Shown piece after piece: positions 14,363 through 29,579 of a stretch of DNA of 64,000 nucleotides. The DNA comes from Eledone cirrhosa (Eukaryota). A program made the translations under genes and the position numbers. Position 1 is the first letter of the stretch; each line of letters starts with the position of its first letter. The notes under the pieces are model-generated. The model was not told the origin of the DNA. It made no database searches and saw only the letters and a list, made by a program, of their open reading frames with translations. The stretch covers positions 37,820,001-37,884,000 of the forward strand of contig OZ024749.1 of assembly GCA_964016885.1 (NCBI GenBank), given 5' to 3'.

Positions 14363-16054
14363 GGACAGAAAGAGTTATAAAGTTTGGTTTATTTGAATAT
14401 TATTCGATCTGCGCTGTATCTGTTGTTAGTGTTATTACTGTGATTTAATCTGGAGAACCTGTATGGTAGGTCACGATATTCCACATGCCACAGCTGGATA
14501 ATAACATATTATAGAGATTGACACATCAACTACACTACCACACCACATCACACCATCACACAGACACCACACGACTACACCACCACACTATTACCAACAC
14601 CAGTACATCATCAATATCATTACCAGCACATCACCACATCCTTACCCACACAACCACAACCATCGCATCATTACAATCTTTAACCCATAACCCACACCAT
14701 TACCAACAGTACCTGACTGCTACTAAAACCACTACACCACCCACCCACCCCACCACCCCGATACCACCATACCATCACCAACACCACAAAACTACCACCA
14801 CCACAAACACACCATTAACATGGCCATCATAGTATTATCAACAACACTAGACATCTATCAAGATCATCGCACCACCATCAACAACATCACACAGACACCT
14901 ACTCATTCGACAAAAACCATCAATATAACCAAAAATATCACGAATATCACCAACAACACCACCACCCCACACTCAGACACCATTGTCAACATATCCACAC
15001 AAACACCACCACCATCAACACACAATCACTAACACCACTACCACCAACAACACCACCACCACTACACAACGATCATCACCACTACCATCTCTCACAACCT
15101 ACCTGCTATTGTTCAACAAGGTAACTTCAAATTTCAACTTCGTATACTTTGAAAGTTTCATTGTTCAGTCAATCTACACACTACACTTATCACCATCATT
15201 ATCAGCAATACAATAACCACCAACAACAACAACACTATTCTCGTAGTTGTTTTCATCCTCCTCCTTATCATCTTCTCCACAACTATATACATCACCATTA
15301 TCATCACTTTTCTCGAAGACCATAATCCCAATTCCTGTTTTCCTCGCTATAGTTGTCATCATCAATACCATCAATCAAATCATCAGAATAGCACCATATA
15401 CTGTCTCAACTTATCACCATCAATTTAACAGATTTCTCCGCCAAATATTATGCTGATTATATCTTAATTTAAAAGGATTTACCGTAAAACTAAACATAAA
15501 CTTTAGAAACTCTAGAAACTTTGGCGCATTAAACGATGCAACATTTTCCCAGGTCTAATATATTCGAGCAATCGAGCAAATTTAAATAGGGATAAAAGCC
15601 AAGGGTTTTTTTTATATTTATATTCGACATTTTCATATGGTGGTGAATTGGCAATATCGGTGGAATGTAGAAGGGGCCTTGTCGGAGGGGCCTTGTGCCG
15701 AAATTTGAACCACATATTTGGTATTTCCTGTCAAACAACTTTGTGTCTATCTAAGATTAATTTAACATTCTTATTCAAAGTTTCATAACTAATATTTTCT
15801 GGAACATGATATATCAATAAAAGAAATTTCTATCGATAACTCTCCGCATATTAAAGTTTAGCTGGAAATTGAACACATACATCTTAGAATATTGTAGATA
15901 AACCATTCAAGTCAATCTAACGTCATACATCATTATATATTGTTATATATATCATGAGTAGTTGATGTCCTTGTTACTAGAACACATCATAGTCACAATT
16001 ATAATCATAACCATTATAATCCTCAACATCAATATTATAATAAACATCATAACA

Positions 16055-16378
16055 TCAAAAACATTATCAAAATCATCATCACCATTATCATCAAAATCAT
16101 CATCACCATTATCATCAACATCATCATCACCATTATCATCAAAATCATCATCACCATTATCACCAAAATCATCATCACCATAATCATCACCATTATCATC
16201 AAAATCATCATCACCATTATCATCAAAATCATCATCACCATTATCATCAACATCATCATCACCATTATCATCAACATCATCATCAAAATCATCATCACCA
16301 TTATCATCAAAATCATCATCACCATTATCATCAAAATCATCATCACCATCATCATCACCATTATCATCACCATTATCA
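16055..16378. repeat. 24-bp minisatellite (AAAATCATCATCACCATTATCATC)n
   Basis: About 12 tandem units. Confidence 0.9.
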
Positions 16379-16720
16379 TATATATATATAATATAAATAT
16401 ATATATGTATGTATATATATATATATATATATGTGTGTAAATATATATATACATATGTATATATATATATATATGTGTGTGTATATGTATATATATATAT
16501 ATATAAATATGTGTGTGTGTGTGTGTGTAGTTAATAAATGAAACAAAATTAAATAAACACAGGAATATAAAAATACACATTTATCTACATCTCTCTAACC
16601 ATATAGCATTCAATCAAAGTATATATGAACTTCAATACATGTATATAGTAACGATTTATCATTATTTTCATTAAAAAGCACTAATCATCACTTCATTCAG
16701 CAAAATTCGAAATCAATGAG

Positions 16721-16758
<38 letters not shown>

Positions 16759-16904
16759 TATACTCTTTCTCTTACAGAAACACACACACTCACACTCACA
16801 CACATATATATATATATACATATATGTATATATGTATATATATATATAAGTGTGTGTATATATATAGGTATATATGTATATACGCACACATACATGCATA
16901 TGCA

Positions 16905-17354
16905 TTTAAAAATATATACATACACATATATATATATATATACATATACACACACCTAAAATATACATATATATATGTATAAATGTATGCATATATATAC
17001 TTACATAAATATACATATAAATATAAATATATTCATATATATATATATACATATACACACACCTAAAATATACATATATATGTATAAATGTATGTATATA
17101 TATACTTACATAAATATATATATAAATATAAATATAAATATATTCATATATATATATACACATATACACACACCTAAAATATACATATATATGTATAAAT
17201 GTATGTATATATATATACATACATAAATATATATATAAATATAAATATAAATATATTCATATATATATATATACATATACACACACCTAAAATATACATA
17301 TATATGTATAAATATATGTATATATATAAATATAAATATAAATATATTCATATA

Positions 17355-17360
<6 letters not shown>
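16905..17360. repeat. AT-rich minisatellite of about 110 bp (about 4 copies)
   Basis: Anchor acacacctaaaatatacat recurs near 16950, 17057, 17167 and 17281. Confidence 0.85.
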
Positions 17361-17429
<69 letters not shown>

Positions 17430-17574
17430 TATATATATATATTGGCACTGTTTGTAATATCGGCTTTTAAAGAGGGTTTTAAATATACCTTTCAATATAT
17501 GTTCGAATAATGTACCAATTTTTGATAGCTAACTATAGGTAAACTATTTAAAATTAACTATATAAGATTTCTTA

Positions 17575-17632
<58 letters not shown>

Positions 17633-18945
17633 GTGTTTCTGAAAATAAGTATGTGTAAATGTGTGTGTTGTGCGTGTTTATATACATGTGTGTCGATACA
17701 TATAAACGCATACATATATAATATATGTGAGTATGCTGATGTGTCTTTTTTTCGCGCGCGCGCGTGTGTGTATGTGTGTGGGGGTGTCTGTGTGTGTGAA
17801 TGTATGCTGTATAGTCAAAGCACGTTTAACAAGTCAATTAGGATGCAGTAAGAAGCAATCTCTCCTAATGGATATTTCATCAACAGTTCCACTGTTCAAC
17901 TCTCACTAACATTTATATCTAATGTAATAATGTAATAATGCAGATTTATAAACCGACATTATTTATTGCGACCGCCATTTTTTTCTTCTTAATGCAAGGC
18001 CATCTAACGGAGAAAAGATTCATTAGCTCTCATTTATACATGATTGTTCACAATATAATAACAGGTTTTTCGGTTCAATATTTTAGGTGTTCTTATTAAC
18101 TGTTGTTATTGTTAGAATTTTTGGTGTTGTTGTGGTGATGGTGCACGTGGTGGTGGTGGTCGTGTTGGTGGCGTTGGAAGTGGTGATTCTGGTGATTTTG
18201 TGAATGTTATTTATTTTATTGTCGTTATTGTTGTTGTCGTTGTTGAAGTTCGTTTTATTATCGTTGCTGTTGTTGTTGTTGTGGTGGTGGTTTTTGTTGC
18301 TATTATTTTCAGTGTGGTTGTTGTTTTTATTATTGTTGCTGCAGTTTTTATTGTTACTGTTGTTGTTGTTGTTGTTAGTATTTTCAATCTTTTCATCGTG
18401 TGTTTTTTCTGTGTGTTTTGTTGCAGTTTTTTTTTTATTTTCGAGTGATAAGAGTAAAATCATTTTTGTCCTCATAAGACCCCTCGCTGATTCGAACTTG
18501 TGTTGACTTTTAAAAAGTGTAGCTCTGAACGTTAATGATATTATTATATATTTTAAGGAAGTACAAAACCCAAAGGTTTGCTAAGTAAATAACGATCAAA
18601 TGGGGTGGTTTCGGTGTTCATGCCTTCTATCTTCGCAAAAGTTTTCGCTGTTTCCTTTCGTGAGTTGACTAGCTTCAACCAAGGTCATATTATTCATACG
18701 TTTACCTAAGCTGAAGCTTAGGGACTCAGTACGGACTAGGGCAAGGTCGTCATATTATTATTGTAGAGTGAAAGATGGAGATGCCGAAATGTCTGGGGCC
18801 CGAACAGAGGTTAATATAAATATAACTCAGCTTTCAACTATGGATCGGAACACTAATTCGTCTAGTTAGGGTAACCGTGACAATGTGGCTTCATTGGGTG
18901 CGAGTCCTACCATATTACTACTGGTTGCCACAAGTGACAATACCT

Positions 18946-19273
18946 ATCACCAAAGCATTAGATGGTTGTTACACACGAATGCTAAGAAGGATAAAAGACA
19001 TCAAATCTTTTGACCGTGTTAGAAACACAATTCTCTACAACAACCATTAGCCATATCATCCGTGTCAGACCTCTTCAGCTTGCAGGTCACCGTATGAAGC
19101 TATGAATCAGTAAGAAACGTTCACAATGGGAGCCCACAATTGTGAAACGCAAACGCAGAAGACCTCTCAAGGAAAATACAGAATTATCCGTTGAACGACT
19201 GAGTCAGTTGATGCTTGATTGTGTGAAATGGAAAGGTTTTCTCATGTCACCACAAAGAAGTGGATTAATTTAA

Positions 19274-19350
<77 letters not shown>
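18946..19350 (+). mobile_element. Decayed RTE-clade LINE 3' end
   Basis: Frameshifted translation ITKALDGCYTRMLRRIKDIKSFDRVRNTILYNN / ISHIIRVRPLQLAGH / QWEPTIVKRKRRRP matches the post-RT C-terminus of RTE/RTE-X ORFs. It is followed by a (GTA)n tract. Confidence 0.7.
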
Positions 19351-19351
<1 letters not shown>

Positions 19352-19828
19352 ATCACCCTCGCACATCATTATCGTCCTCATCATCACTAACGTCATCATT
19401 ATAATTTCCCATGAAACCGCACCTTACTTTATGACAAGACTTCTTCCCACTAAAGATCGTAAAGCGAATTTATCTTGATCCGAATTTGTTGTAAATTTAG
19501 ATCTCTGTTTGATAAGCTATATGACAGCAGTGGTGATAGGGCTACAAAGGTGAGTGGACATTATCAAAGTGTAGTGTTGGCAGTTCTATGATATGTTGTA
19601 AGTCTTAACAGTCCTTAAACGGAGAGGTCGGTAAATGAAACTGTTGATATGGCCGTTAAATAAATTGTCATTAAACAAGAAGCTCATCAAAAGAAATCGT
19701 CGCTAAACGAGGTTTTCGTTAAATGCGAAGTAGGTGTATATTGAATGAATGATAAAAGCGCTGCGATATAAAAGCAGCCAAGAGCAAATGTGATGGAACT
19801 GTGAAAGATACTAAAAGTAAATAAATAA

Positions 19829-19906
<78 letters not shown>

Positions 19907-20178
19907 CTAAAATATAGGTTTGAAGAGATATTGAGAATATTGAGTTTGAAGAGAAGAGGAGAATTGGGAAAAATGCAAATAAATGTATTATATGCAAAAG
20001 ATAATATATAAAAACTATATAATATATACATACATGCACACACCTTACATGTGGGACATTTTTATATCTGGGTGAAAAGTTTATTCCATGCAATGTCTAA
20101 TATTACTCTTATTCTACTTTGCATTTTCGTTTTACACACACATTCACACACACACACACACACACACATATCTGTGTG

Positions 20179-20306
<128 letters not shown>

Positions 20307-20380
20307 TACATAAACGAAGTATGAATGTGAGAGATACATAGATTTATGTATATATATATATGTACATGTTCATATATATA

Positions 20381-20485
<105 letters not shown>

Positions 20486-20560
20486 GCATACATATATATA
20501 TATATAAATGAAAGGTATAGAAATTGTTTTAGCGAGAAGCTAATAGTATTCTATAACATA

Positions 20561-20625
<65 letters not shown>

Positions 20626-21111
20626 GCTTTCAAATTTGTGTTGGGAGGCGGGTGTTTGGATTAGAGAAATTTTTCTAGTTTGCTTTACGTCAAAGTGAGA
20701 CCGAATATGTTGGTTGTACTAACAGGCAGGAAATTAGCGGTGTCTGGTGCCGCAGGGGAATGTGCCAATGTGCCATTGATGTGTGATCTAAAGGGGGAAA
20801 ACTCTTTTATTTCATCTTTTTGGCCTAATCAAAATGGCTGCTTATAAGTGAGATTTCAGTGAGGAAATAATACATTTCCGCTTGCGTGTCTTTCCAGAAA
20901 GTCATTTGAAATGTTTTCAGTTAACGTTCCTTATTTCTAAGCTATCGTCAGCATATTGTATTAATATTTTCGCTTGCCTGTTTATTATATATGTATAGCT
21001 TGCTGATGGTGTTGGTGTTGTTGGTGTTGTTGTTGTTGTTGTTATTGTTCTTAGTATTACTGTTGATGGGGTTTATATATATATATATATATGTATGTAT
21101 ATATATGTATA

Positions 21112-21248
<137 letters not shown>

Positions 21249-21418
21249 GTTTATGTATATACATATATATATATATACATATATATACATATATATATGT
21301 ATATATATATATGTTTATGTATATATATATATATACACACATATATATATATATATATAAATATATATATATATATTTGGTGATTCTATAGACATGTTTT
21401 ATGATATATATATGTATA

Positions 21419-21488
<70 letters not shown>

Positions 21489-21494
21489 TATATG

Positions 21495-21525
<31 letters not shown>

Positions 21526-21538
21526 ATATATGTATATA

Positions 21539-21620
<82 letters not shown>

Positions 21621-21679
21621 GTGATTGATATTATTGATGTTGATACTGATATTGATGATGTTAGCATTGTTATAGATGT

Positions 21680-24600
21680 TGTTGTTGTTGCTGTTGGTGG
21701 TGGTGGTGGTGTTACTGTAGGTGGTGTTGGTGGTGGTGGTGGTGTTGCTGTAGGTGGTGGTGTTGCTGTTGGTGGTTGTGGTGGTGGTGTTGCTGTAGGT
21801 GGTGGTGTTGGTGGTGGTGGTGGTGTTGCTGTTGGTGGTGGTGTTGGTGGTGGTTGTGGTGGTGTTGGTGGTGGTGGTGGTGGTGTTGCTGTAGGTGGTG
21901 TTGGTGGTGGTGGTGGTGGTGTTGCTGTAGGTGGTGGTGTTGGTGTGGTGGTGGTGGTGGTGTTGGTGTTGCTGTAGGTGGTGGTGTTGCTGTAGGTGGT
22001 GTTGGTGGTGGTGTTGCTGTAGGTGGTGGTGTTGGTGGTGGTGTTGGTGGTGGTGGTGTTGCTGTAGGTGGTGGGGTTGGTGGTGTAGGTGGTGGTGTTG
22101 CTGTAGGTGGTGGTGTTGGTGGTGGTTGTGGTGGTGTTGCTGTAGGTGGTGGTGTTGGTGGTGGTGGTGGTGGTGTTGGTGGTGGTGTTGGTGGTGGTGG
22201 TGTTGGTGGTGGTTGTGGTGGTGTTGCTGTAGGTGGTGGTGTTGGTGGTGGTGGTGGTGTTGTTGTTGGTGGTGGTGGTGGTGTTGGTGTTGCTGTAGGT
22301 GGTGGTGTTGCTGTAGGTGGTGTTGGTGGTGGTGTTGCTGTAGGTGGTGTTGGTGGTGGTGGTGGTGGTGTTGCTGTAGGTGGTGGTGTTGGTGGTGGTG
22401 GTGGTGTTGCTGTTGGTGGTGGTGGTGGTGTTGGTGTTGCTGTAGGTGGTGTTGGTGGTGGTGTTGCTGTAGGTGGTGGTGTTGGTGGTGGTGTTGGTGG
22501 TGGTGGTGTTGCTGTAGGTGGTGTTGGTGGTGGTGTTGCTGTAGGTGGTGGTGTTGGTGGTGGTGTTGGTGGTGGTGGTGTTGCTGTAGGTGGTGGTGTT
22601 GGTGGTGTAGGTGGTGGTGTTGCTGTAGGTGGTGGTGTTGCTGTTGGTGGTGGTGGTGGTGTTGGTGTTGCTGTAGGTGGTGTTGGTGGTGGTGTTGCTG
22701 TAGGTGGTGGTGGTGTTGGTGGTGGTGTTGGTGGTGGTGTTGGTGGTGTTGCTGTAGGTGGTGGTGTTGGTGGTGGTGGTGGTGTTGCTGTAGGTGGTGG
22801 TGTTGGTGGTGGTGTTGGTGGTGGTGTTGGTGGTGGTGTTGGTGGTGTTGGTGGTGGTGTTGGTGTTGCTGTAGGTGGTGGTGTTGGTGGTGGTTGTGGT
22901 GGTGTTGCTGTAGGTGGTGGTGTTGGTGGTGGTGGTGGTGGTGTTGGTGGTGTTGCTGTAGGTGGTGGTGTTGGTGGTGGTGGTGGTGTTGCTATAGGTG
23001 GTGGTGTTGGTGGTGGTGTTGGTGGTGGTGTTGGTGGTGTTGGTGGTGGTGGTGGTGTTGCTGTAGGTGGTGGTGTTGGTGGTGGTTGTGGTGGTGTTGC
23101 TGTAGGTGGTGGTGTTGGTGGTGGTTGTGGTGGTGTTGCTGTAGGTGGTGGTGTTGGTGGTGGTGGTGGTGGTGGTGTTGCTGTAGGTGGTGGTGTTGGT
23201 GGTGGTTTGGTGGTGGTGGTGTTGGTGGTGTTGGTGGTGGTGGTGGTGTTGCTGTAGGTGGTGGTGTTGGTGGTGGTGGTGGTGTTGCTGTAGGTGGTGG
23301 TGTTGGTGGTGGTGGTGGTGGTGTTGCTGTAGGTGGTGGTGTTGGTGGTGGTGTTGGTGGTGGTGGTGTTGGTGGTGTTGGTGGTGGTGGTGGTGTTGCT
23401 GTAGGTGGTGTTGGTGGTGGTTGTGGTGGTGTTGCTGTAGGTGGTGGTGTTGGTGGTGGTTGTGGTGTTGCTGTAGGTGGTGGTGTTGGTGGTGGTGGTG
23501 GTGTTGCTGTTGGTGGTGGTGTTGGTGGTGGTTGTGGTGGTGTTGGTGGTGGTGGTGGTGGTGTTGCTGTAGGTGGTGGTTGTGGTGGTGTTGGTGGTGG
23601 TGTTGCTGTAGGTGGTGGTGTTGGTGGTGGTTGTGGTGGTGTTGGTGGTGGTGGTGGTGGTGTTGCTGTAGGTGGTGTTAGTGGTGGTGGTTGTGGTGGT
23701 GTTGCTGTAGGTGGTGGTGTTGGTGGTGGTGGTGTTGTTGGTGGTGGTGTTGGTGGTGGTGGTGGTGTTGCTGTTGGTGGTGGTGTTGGTGGTGGTTGTG
23801 GTGGTGTTGCTGTTGGTGGTGGTGGTGGTGGTTGTGGTGGTGTTGCTGTAGGTGGTGTTGGTGGTGGTGGTTGTGGTGGTGTTGCTGTAGGTGGTGTTGT
23901 TGTTGGTGGTGGTGGTGTTGTTGGTGGTGGTGTTGGTGGTGGTGGTGGTGGTGTTGCTGTAGGTGGTGGTGTTGGTGGTGGTGGTGGTGTTGCTGTTGGT
24001 GGTGGTGTTGGTGGTGGTTGTGGTGGTGTTGGTGGTGGTTGTGGTGGTGTTGGTGGTGGTGGTGGTGGTGTTGCTTTTGGTGGTGGTGTTGGTGGTGGTT
24101 GTGGTGGTGTTGGTGGTGGTGGTGGTGGTTGTGGTGGTGTTGGTGGTGGTGGTGTTGGTGGTGGTTGTGGTGGTGTTGGTGGTGTTGCTGTAGGTGGTGG
24201 TGTTGCTGTAGGTGGTGTTGGTGGTGGTGGTGGTGGTGGTGTTGCTGTAGGTGGTGGTGTTGGTGGTGGTGTTGCTGTAGGTGGTGGTGGTGGTGGTGGT
24301 GTTGCTGTAGGTGGTGGTGTTGGTGGTGGTGGTGGTGTTGCTGTTGGTGGTGGTGGTGGTGTTGGTGTTGCTGTAGGTGGTGTTGGTGGTGGTGTTGCTG
24401 TAGGTGGTGGTGTTGGTGGTGGTGTTGGTGGTGGTGGTGTTGCTGTAGGTGGTGTTGGTGGTGGTGTTGCTGTAGGTGGTGGTGTTGGTGGTGGTGTTGG
24501 TGGTGGTGGTGTTGCTGTAGGTGGTGGTGTTGGTGGTGTAGGTGGTGGTGTTGCTGTAGGTGGTGGTGTTGCTGTTGGTGGTGGTGGTGGTGTTGGTGTT

Positions 24601-27418
24601 GCTGTAGGTGGTGTTGGTGGTGGTGTTGCTGTAGGTGGTGGTGGTGTTGGTGGTGGTGTTGGTGGTGGTGTTGGTGGTGTTGCTGTAGGTGGTGGTGTTG
24701 GTGGTGGTGGTGGTGTTGCTGTAGGTGGTGGTGTTGGTGGTGGTGTTGGTGGTGGTGTTGGTGGTGGTGTTGGTGGTGTTGGTGGTGGTGGTGGTGTTGC
24801 TGTAGGTGGTGGTGGTGTTGGTGGTGGTGTTGGTGGTGGTGTTGGTGGTGTTGCTGTAGGTGGTGGTGTTGGTGGTGGTGGTGGTGTTGCTGTAGGTGGT
24901 GGTGTTGGTGGTGGTGGTGGTGGTGGTGTTGGTGTTGCTGTAGGTGGTGGTGTTGCTGTAGGTGGTGTTGGTGGTGGTGGTGGTGGTGGTGTTGCTGTAG
25001 GTGGTGGTGTTGGTGGTGGTGTTGCTGTAGGTGGTGGTGGTGGTGGTGGTGTTGCTGTAGGTGGTGGTGTTGGTGGTGGTGGTGGTGTTGCTGTTGGTGG
25101 TGGTGGTGGTGTTGCTATAGGTGGTGGTGTTGGTGGTGGTGTTGGTGGTGGTGTTGGTGGTGGTGTTGGTGGTGTTGGTGGTGGTGGTGGTGTTGCTGTA
25201 GGTGGTGGTGTTGGTGGTGGTTGTGGTGGTGTTGCTGTAGGTGGTGGTGTTGGTGGTGGTTGTGGTGGTGTTGCTGTAGGTGGTGGTGTTGGTGGTGGTG
25301 GTGGTGGTGGTGTTGCTGTAGGTGGTGGTGTTGGTGGTGGTTTGGTGGTGGTGGTGTTGGTGGTGTTGGTGGTGGTGGTGGTGTTGCTGTAGGTGGTGGT
25401 GTTGGTGGTGGTGGTGGTGTTGCTGTAGGTGGTGGTGTTGGTGGTGGTGGTGGTGGTGTTGCTGTAGGTGGTGGTGTTGGTGGTGGTGTTGGTGGTGGTG
25501 GTGTTGGTGGTGTTGGTGGTGGTGGTGGTGTTGCTGTAGGTGGTGTTGGTGGTGGTTGTGGTGGTGTTGCTGTAGGTGGTGGTGTTGGTGGTGGTTGTGG
25601 TGTTGCTGTAGGTGGTGGTGTTGGTGGTGGTGGTGGTGTTGCTGTTGGTGGTGGTGTTGGTGGTGGTTGTGGTGGTGTTGGTGGTGGTGGTGGTGGTGTT
25701 GCTGTAGGTGGTGGTTGTGGTGGTGTTGGTGGTGGTGTTGCTGTAGGTGGTGGTGTTGGTGGTGGTTGTGGTGGTGTTGGTGGTGGTGGTGGTGGTGTTG
25801 CTGTAGGTGGTGTTAGTGGTGGTGGTTGTGGTGGTGTTGCTGTAGGTGGTGGTGTTGGTGGTGGTGGTGTTGTTGGTGGTGGTGTTGGTGGTGGTGGTGG
25901 TGTTGCTGTTGGTGGTGGTGTTGGTGGTGGTTGTGGTGGTGTTGCTGTTGGTGGTGGTGGTGGTGGTTGTGGTGGTGTTGCTGTAGGTGGTGTTGGTGGT
26001 GGTGGTTGTGGTGGTGTTGCTGTAGGTGGTGTTGTTGTTGGTGGTGGTGGTGTTGTTGGTGGTGGTGTTGGTGGTGGTGGTGGTGGTGTTGCTGTAGGTG
26101 GTGGTGTTGGTGGTGGTGGTGGTGTTGCTGTTGGTGGTGGTGTTGGTGGTGGTTGTGGTGGTGTTGGTGGTGGTTGTGGTGGTGTTGGTGGTGGTGGTGG
26201 TGGTGTTGCTGTTGGTGGTGGTGTTGGTGGTGGTTGTGGTGGTGTTGGTGGTGGTGGTGGTGGTTGTGGTGGTGTTGGTGGTGGTGGTGTTGGTGGTGGT
26301 TGTGGTGGTGTTGGTGGTGTTGCTGTAGGTGGTGGTGTTGGTGGTGTTTGTGGTGGTGTTGCTGTAGGTGGTGGTGTTGGTGGTGGTTGTGGTGGTGTTG
26401 CTGTAGGTGGTTGTGTTGGTGGTGGTGGTGGTGTTGCTGTAGGTGGTGGTGTTGGTGGTGGTGGTGGTGTTGCTGTAGGTGGTGTTGGTGTTGGTGGTGG
26501 TGGTGGTGTTGCTGTAGGTGGTGTTGGTGGTGGTTGTGGTGGTGGTGTTGCTGTAGGTGGTGTTGGTGGTGGTTGTGGTGGTGTTGCTGTAGGTAGTGGT
26601 GTAGGTGGTGGTTGTGGTGGTGTTGCTGTAGGTGGTGGTGTAGGTGGTGGTTGTGGTGGTGTTGCTGTAGGTGGTGGTGTAGGTGGTGGTTGTGGTGGTG
26701 TTGCTGTAGGTGGTGGTGTTGGTGGTGGTTGTGGTGGTGGTGTTGCTGTAGGTGGTGGTGTTGGTGGTGGTGGTGGTGTTGCTGTAGGTGGTGGTGTAGG
26801 TGGTGGTTGTGGTGGTGTTGCTGTAGGTGGTGGTGTAGGTGGTGGTTGTGGTGGTGTTGCTGTAGGTGGTGGTGTTGGTGGTGGTGGTGGTGTTGCTGTA
26901 GGTGGTGGTGTTGGTGGTGGTTGTGGTGGTGTTGGTGGTGGTGTTGGTGGTGGTGTTGGTGGTGGTGGTGTTGCTGTAGGTGGTGGTGTTGGTAGTGGTG
27001 GTGGTGTTGCTGTAGGTGGTGGTGTTGGTGGTGGTTGTGGTGGTGTTGCTGTAGGTGGTGGTGGTGGTGGTGGTGGTGTTGCTGTAGGTGGTGGTGTTGG
27101 TGGTGGTGGTGGTGTTGGTGGTGGTTGTGGTGGTGTTGGTGGTGGTGTTGGTGGTGGTGTTGGTGGTGGTGGTGGTGGTGGTGGTGTTGGTGGTGGTGGT
27201 GGTGTTGCTGTTGGTGGTGGTGTTGTTGGTGGTGGTGGTGGTGTTACTGTAGGTGGTGTTGGTGGTGGTGGTGGTGGTGGTGTTACTGTAGGTGGTGTTG
27301 GTGGTGGTGGTGGTGGTGGTGTTGGTGGTGGTGGTGGTGTTACTGTAGGTGGTGTTGGTGGTGGTGGTGGTGGTGGTGTTACTGTAGGTGGTGTTGGTGG
27401 TGGTGGTGGTGGTGGTGT
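21680..27418. repeat. 5.7-kb (GGT)n-derived satellite punctuated by GTTGCTGTA
   Basis: Direct inspection. An internal block repeats at an offset of 2135 bp. Confidence 0.95.
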
Positions 27419-27528
27419 TTATGGATTTGACTTTGGTTGTTTTTGATACATCTTTCGCGTATTTATCATTTATTTTATTTTCCCAAAGTATTATTATTAT
27501 CATTATCATTGTTTTTATTGTTCTTGTT

Positions 27529-27529
27529 T

Positions 27530-27573
<44 letters not shown>

Positions 27574-27597
27574 CGCAGCAGAAGCAGCAGCAGTAGC

Positions 27598-27638
<41 letters not shown>

Positions 27639-27859
27639 CAGTAGTAGTAGTAGTAGTAGTAGCAGCAGCAGCAGCAGTAGTAGTAATAGTAGTAGTAGCA
27701 GCAGCAGTAGCAGTAGTAGTAGCAGCAGCAGCAGCAGCAGTAGTAGCAGCAGTGGTGGAGGTGTTATCATCATGATCACCATTAATCTGTTTTCAAATGT
27801 GATTAACTTTTGCCTTTCTATCTCATCCCTCAGTTGCAGCTACACTTGCACACACACAC

Positions 27860-27891
<32 letters not shown>

Positions 27892-27946
27892 ACACACACA
27901 CACATACATACACACACACACACACACACATGCACAGACACACACA

Positions 27947-27985
<39 letters not shown>

Positions 27986-28082
27986 ACACACACACATACA
28001 CACACACACATACATACACACACACACATACACACACACACATACATACACACACACACACACACATGCACAGACACACACA

Positions 28083-28114
<32 letters not shown>

Positions 28115-28182
28115 TACACACACACACACATGCACAGACACACACACACACACACACACATACACACACACACATACACACA

Positions 28183-28220
<38 letters not shown>

Positions 28221-28234
28221 CACACACACATACA

Positions 28235-28275
<41 letters not shown>

Positions 28276-28324
28276 ACACACACATACATACACACACACA
28301 CACACACATGCACAGACACACACA

Positions 28325-28356
<32 letters not shown>

Positions 28357-28404
28357 TACACACACACACATGCACAGACACACACACACACACACATACA
28401 CACA

Positions 28405-28466
<62 letters not shown>

Positions 28467-28480
28467 CACACACACATACA

Positions 28481-28521
<41 letters not shown>

Positions 28522-28524
28522 ACA

Positions 28525-28556
<32 letters not shown>

Positions 28557-28564
28557 TACACACA

Positions 28565-28603
<39 letters not shown>

Positions 28604-28760
28604 ACACACATACACACACACACACACACATACACACACACACACACACATACACACACACATACACACACACACACACACACACATGCACAGACACACA
28701 TACATGTAGACACACACACACTCATACATACACATACATACACATACATACACACATGCA
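27529..28760. repeat. (AGT/AGC)n tract and 0.9-kb (CA)n-derived array
   Basis: Direct inspection. Recurrent catgcacagac marker. Confidence 0.9.
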
Positions 28761-28821
28761 TATAAACATTCTCAGGGGAACAGAGAGATATAGTTAGCGG
28801 CCATATATATATATATATATC

Positions 28822-28852
<31 letters not shown>

Positions 28853-28888
28853 CCTATATATATACACCTCTATTCTTTTAACTATATA

Positions 28889-29015
<127 letters not shown>

Positions 29016-29034
29016 ACATATATATATATATAGG

Positions 29035-29067
<33 letters not shown>

Positions 29068-29112
29068 CTATATATATATATATATATACATATGTATATA
29101 TACATATATATG

Positions 29113-29185
<73 letters not shown>

Positions 29186-29579
29186 TATATGTATATATAT
29201 ATACACACATATACCTATATATATATATATATATGTAAAGAGGAGAGAGAGCGGCGGGGGGGGGGGGGGAGATTGAGAAAGAGAGAAACTGATAGAAAAG
29301 GAGAGAGCGTGAGAGCGAAAGAAAGAGAGAGTGAGTGAGAGTGTGAAAGAGAGAAAGGGTGAGTGAGGGAAGGAGATAGAGAGAGAGAAGAACAGTGAGT
29401 GAGAGAGAGGGAGAGGGAGAGGGGGGAGCAATGCCATGACAAACATGTCGGAAGAAGCTATGGTATGTAATACTCCCAGAATGAACTTTGCTATGTAACA
29501 ATTGTGTTTAAAATTTCTTCACTAAATTGGAAAATAACAGCATGGTATATTGGTTATTAATGATGGTATCAGTGGTATA

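Noticed and set aside
21426-27782. Very long ORFs (493-1596 aa, rich in Gly/Val, Thr/Pro or Trp/Cys) resembling mucin or structural proteins
   Set aside because: They arise from a stop-poor (GGT)n satellite open in several frames on both strands, with phase shifts and no supported start, signal peptide or splice context.
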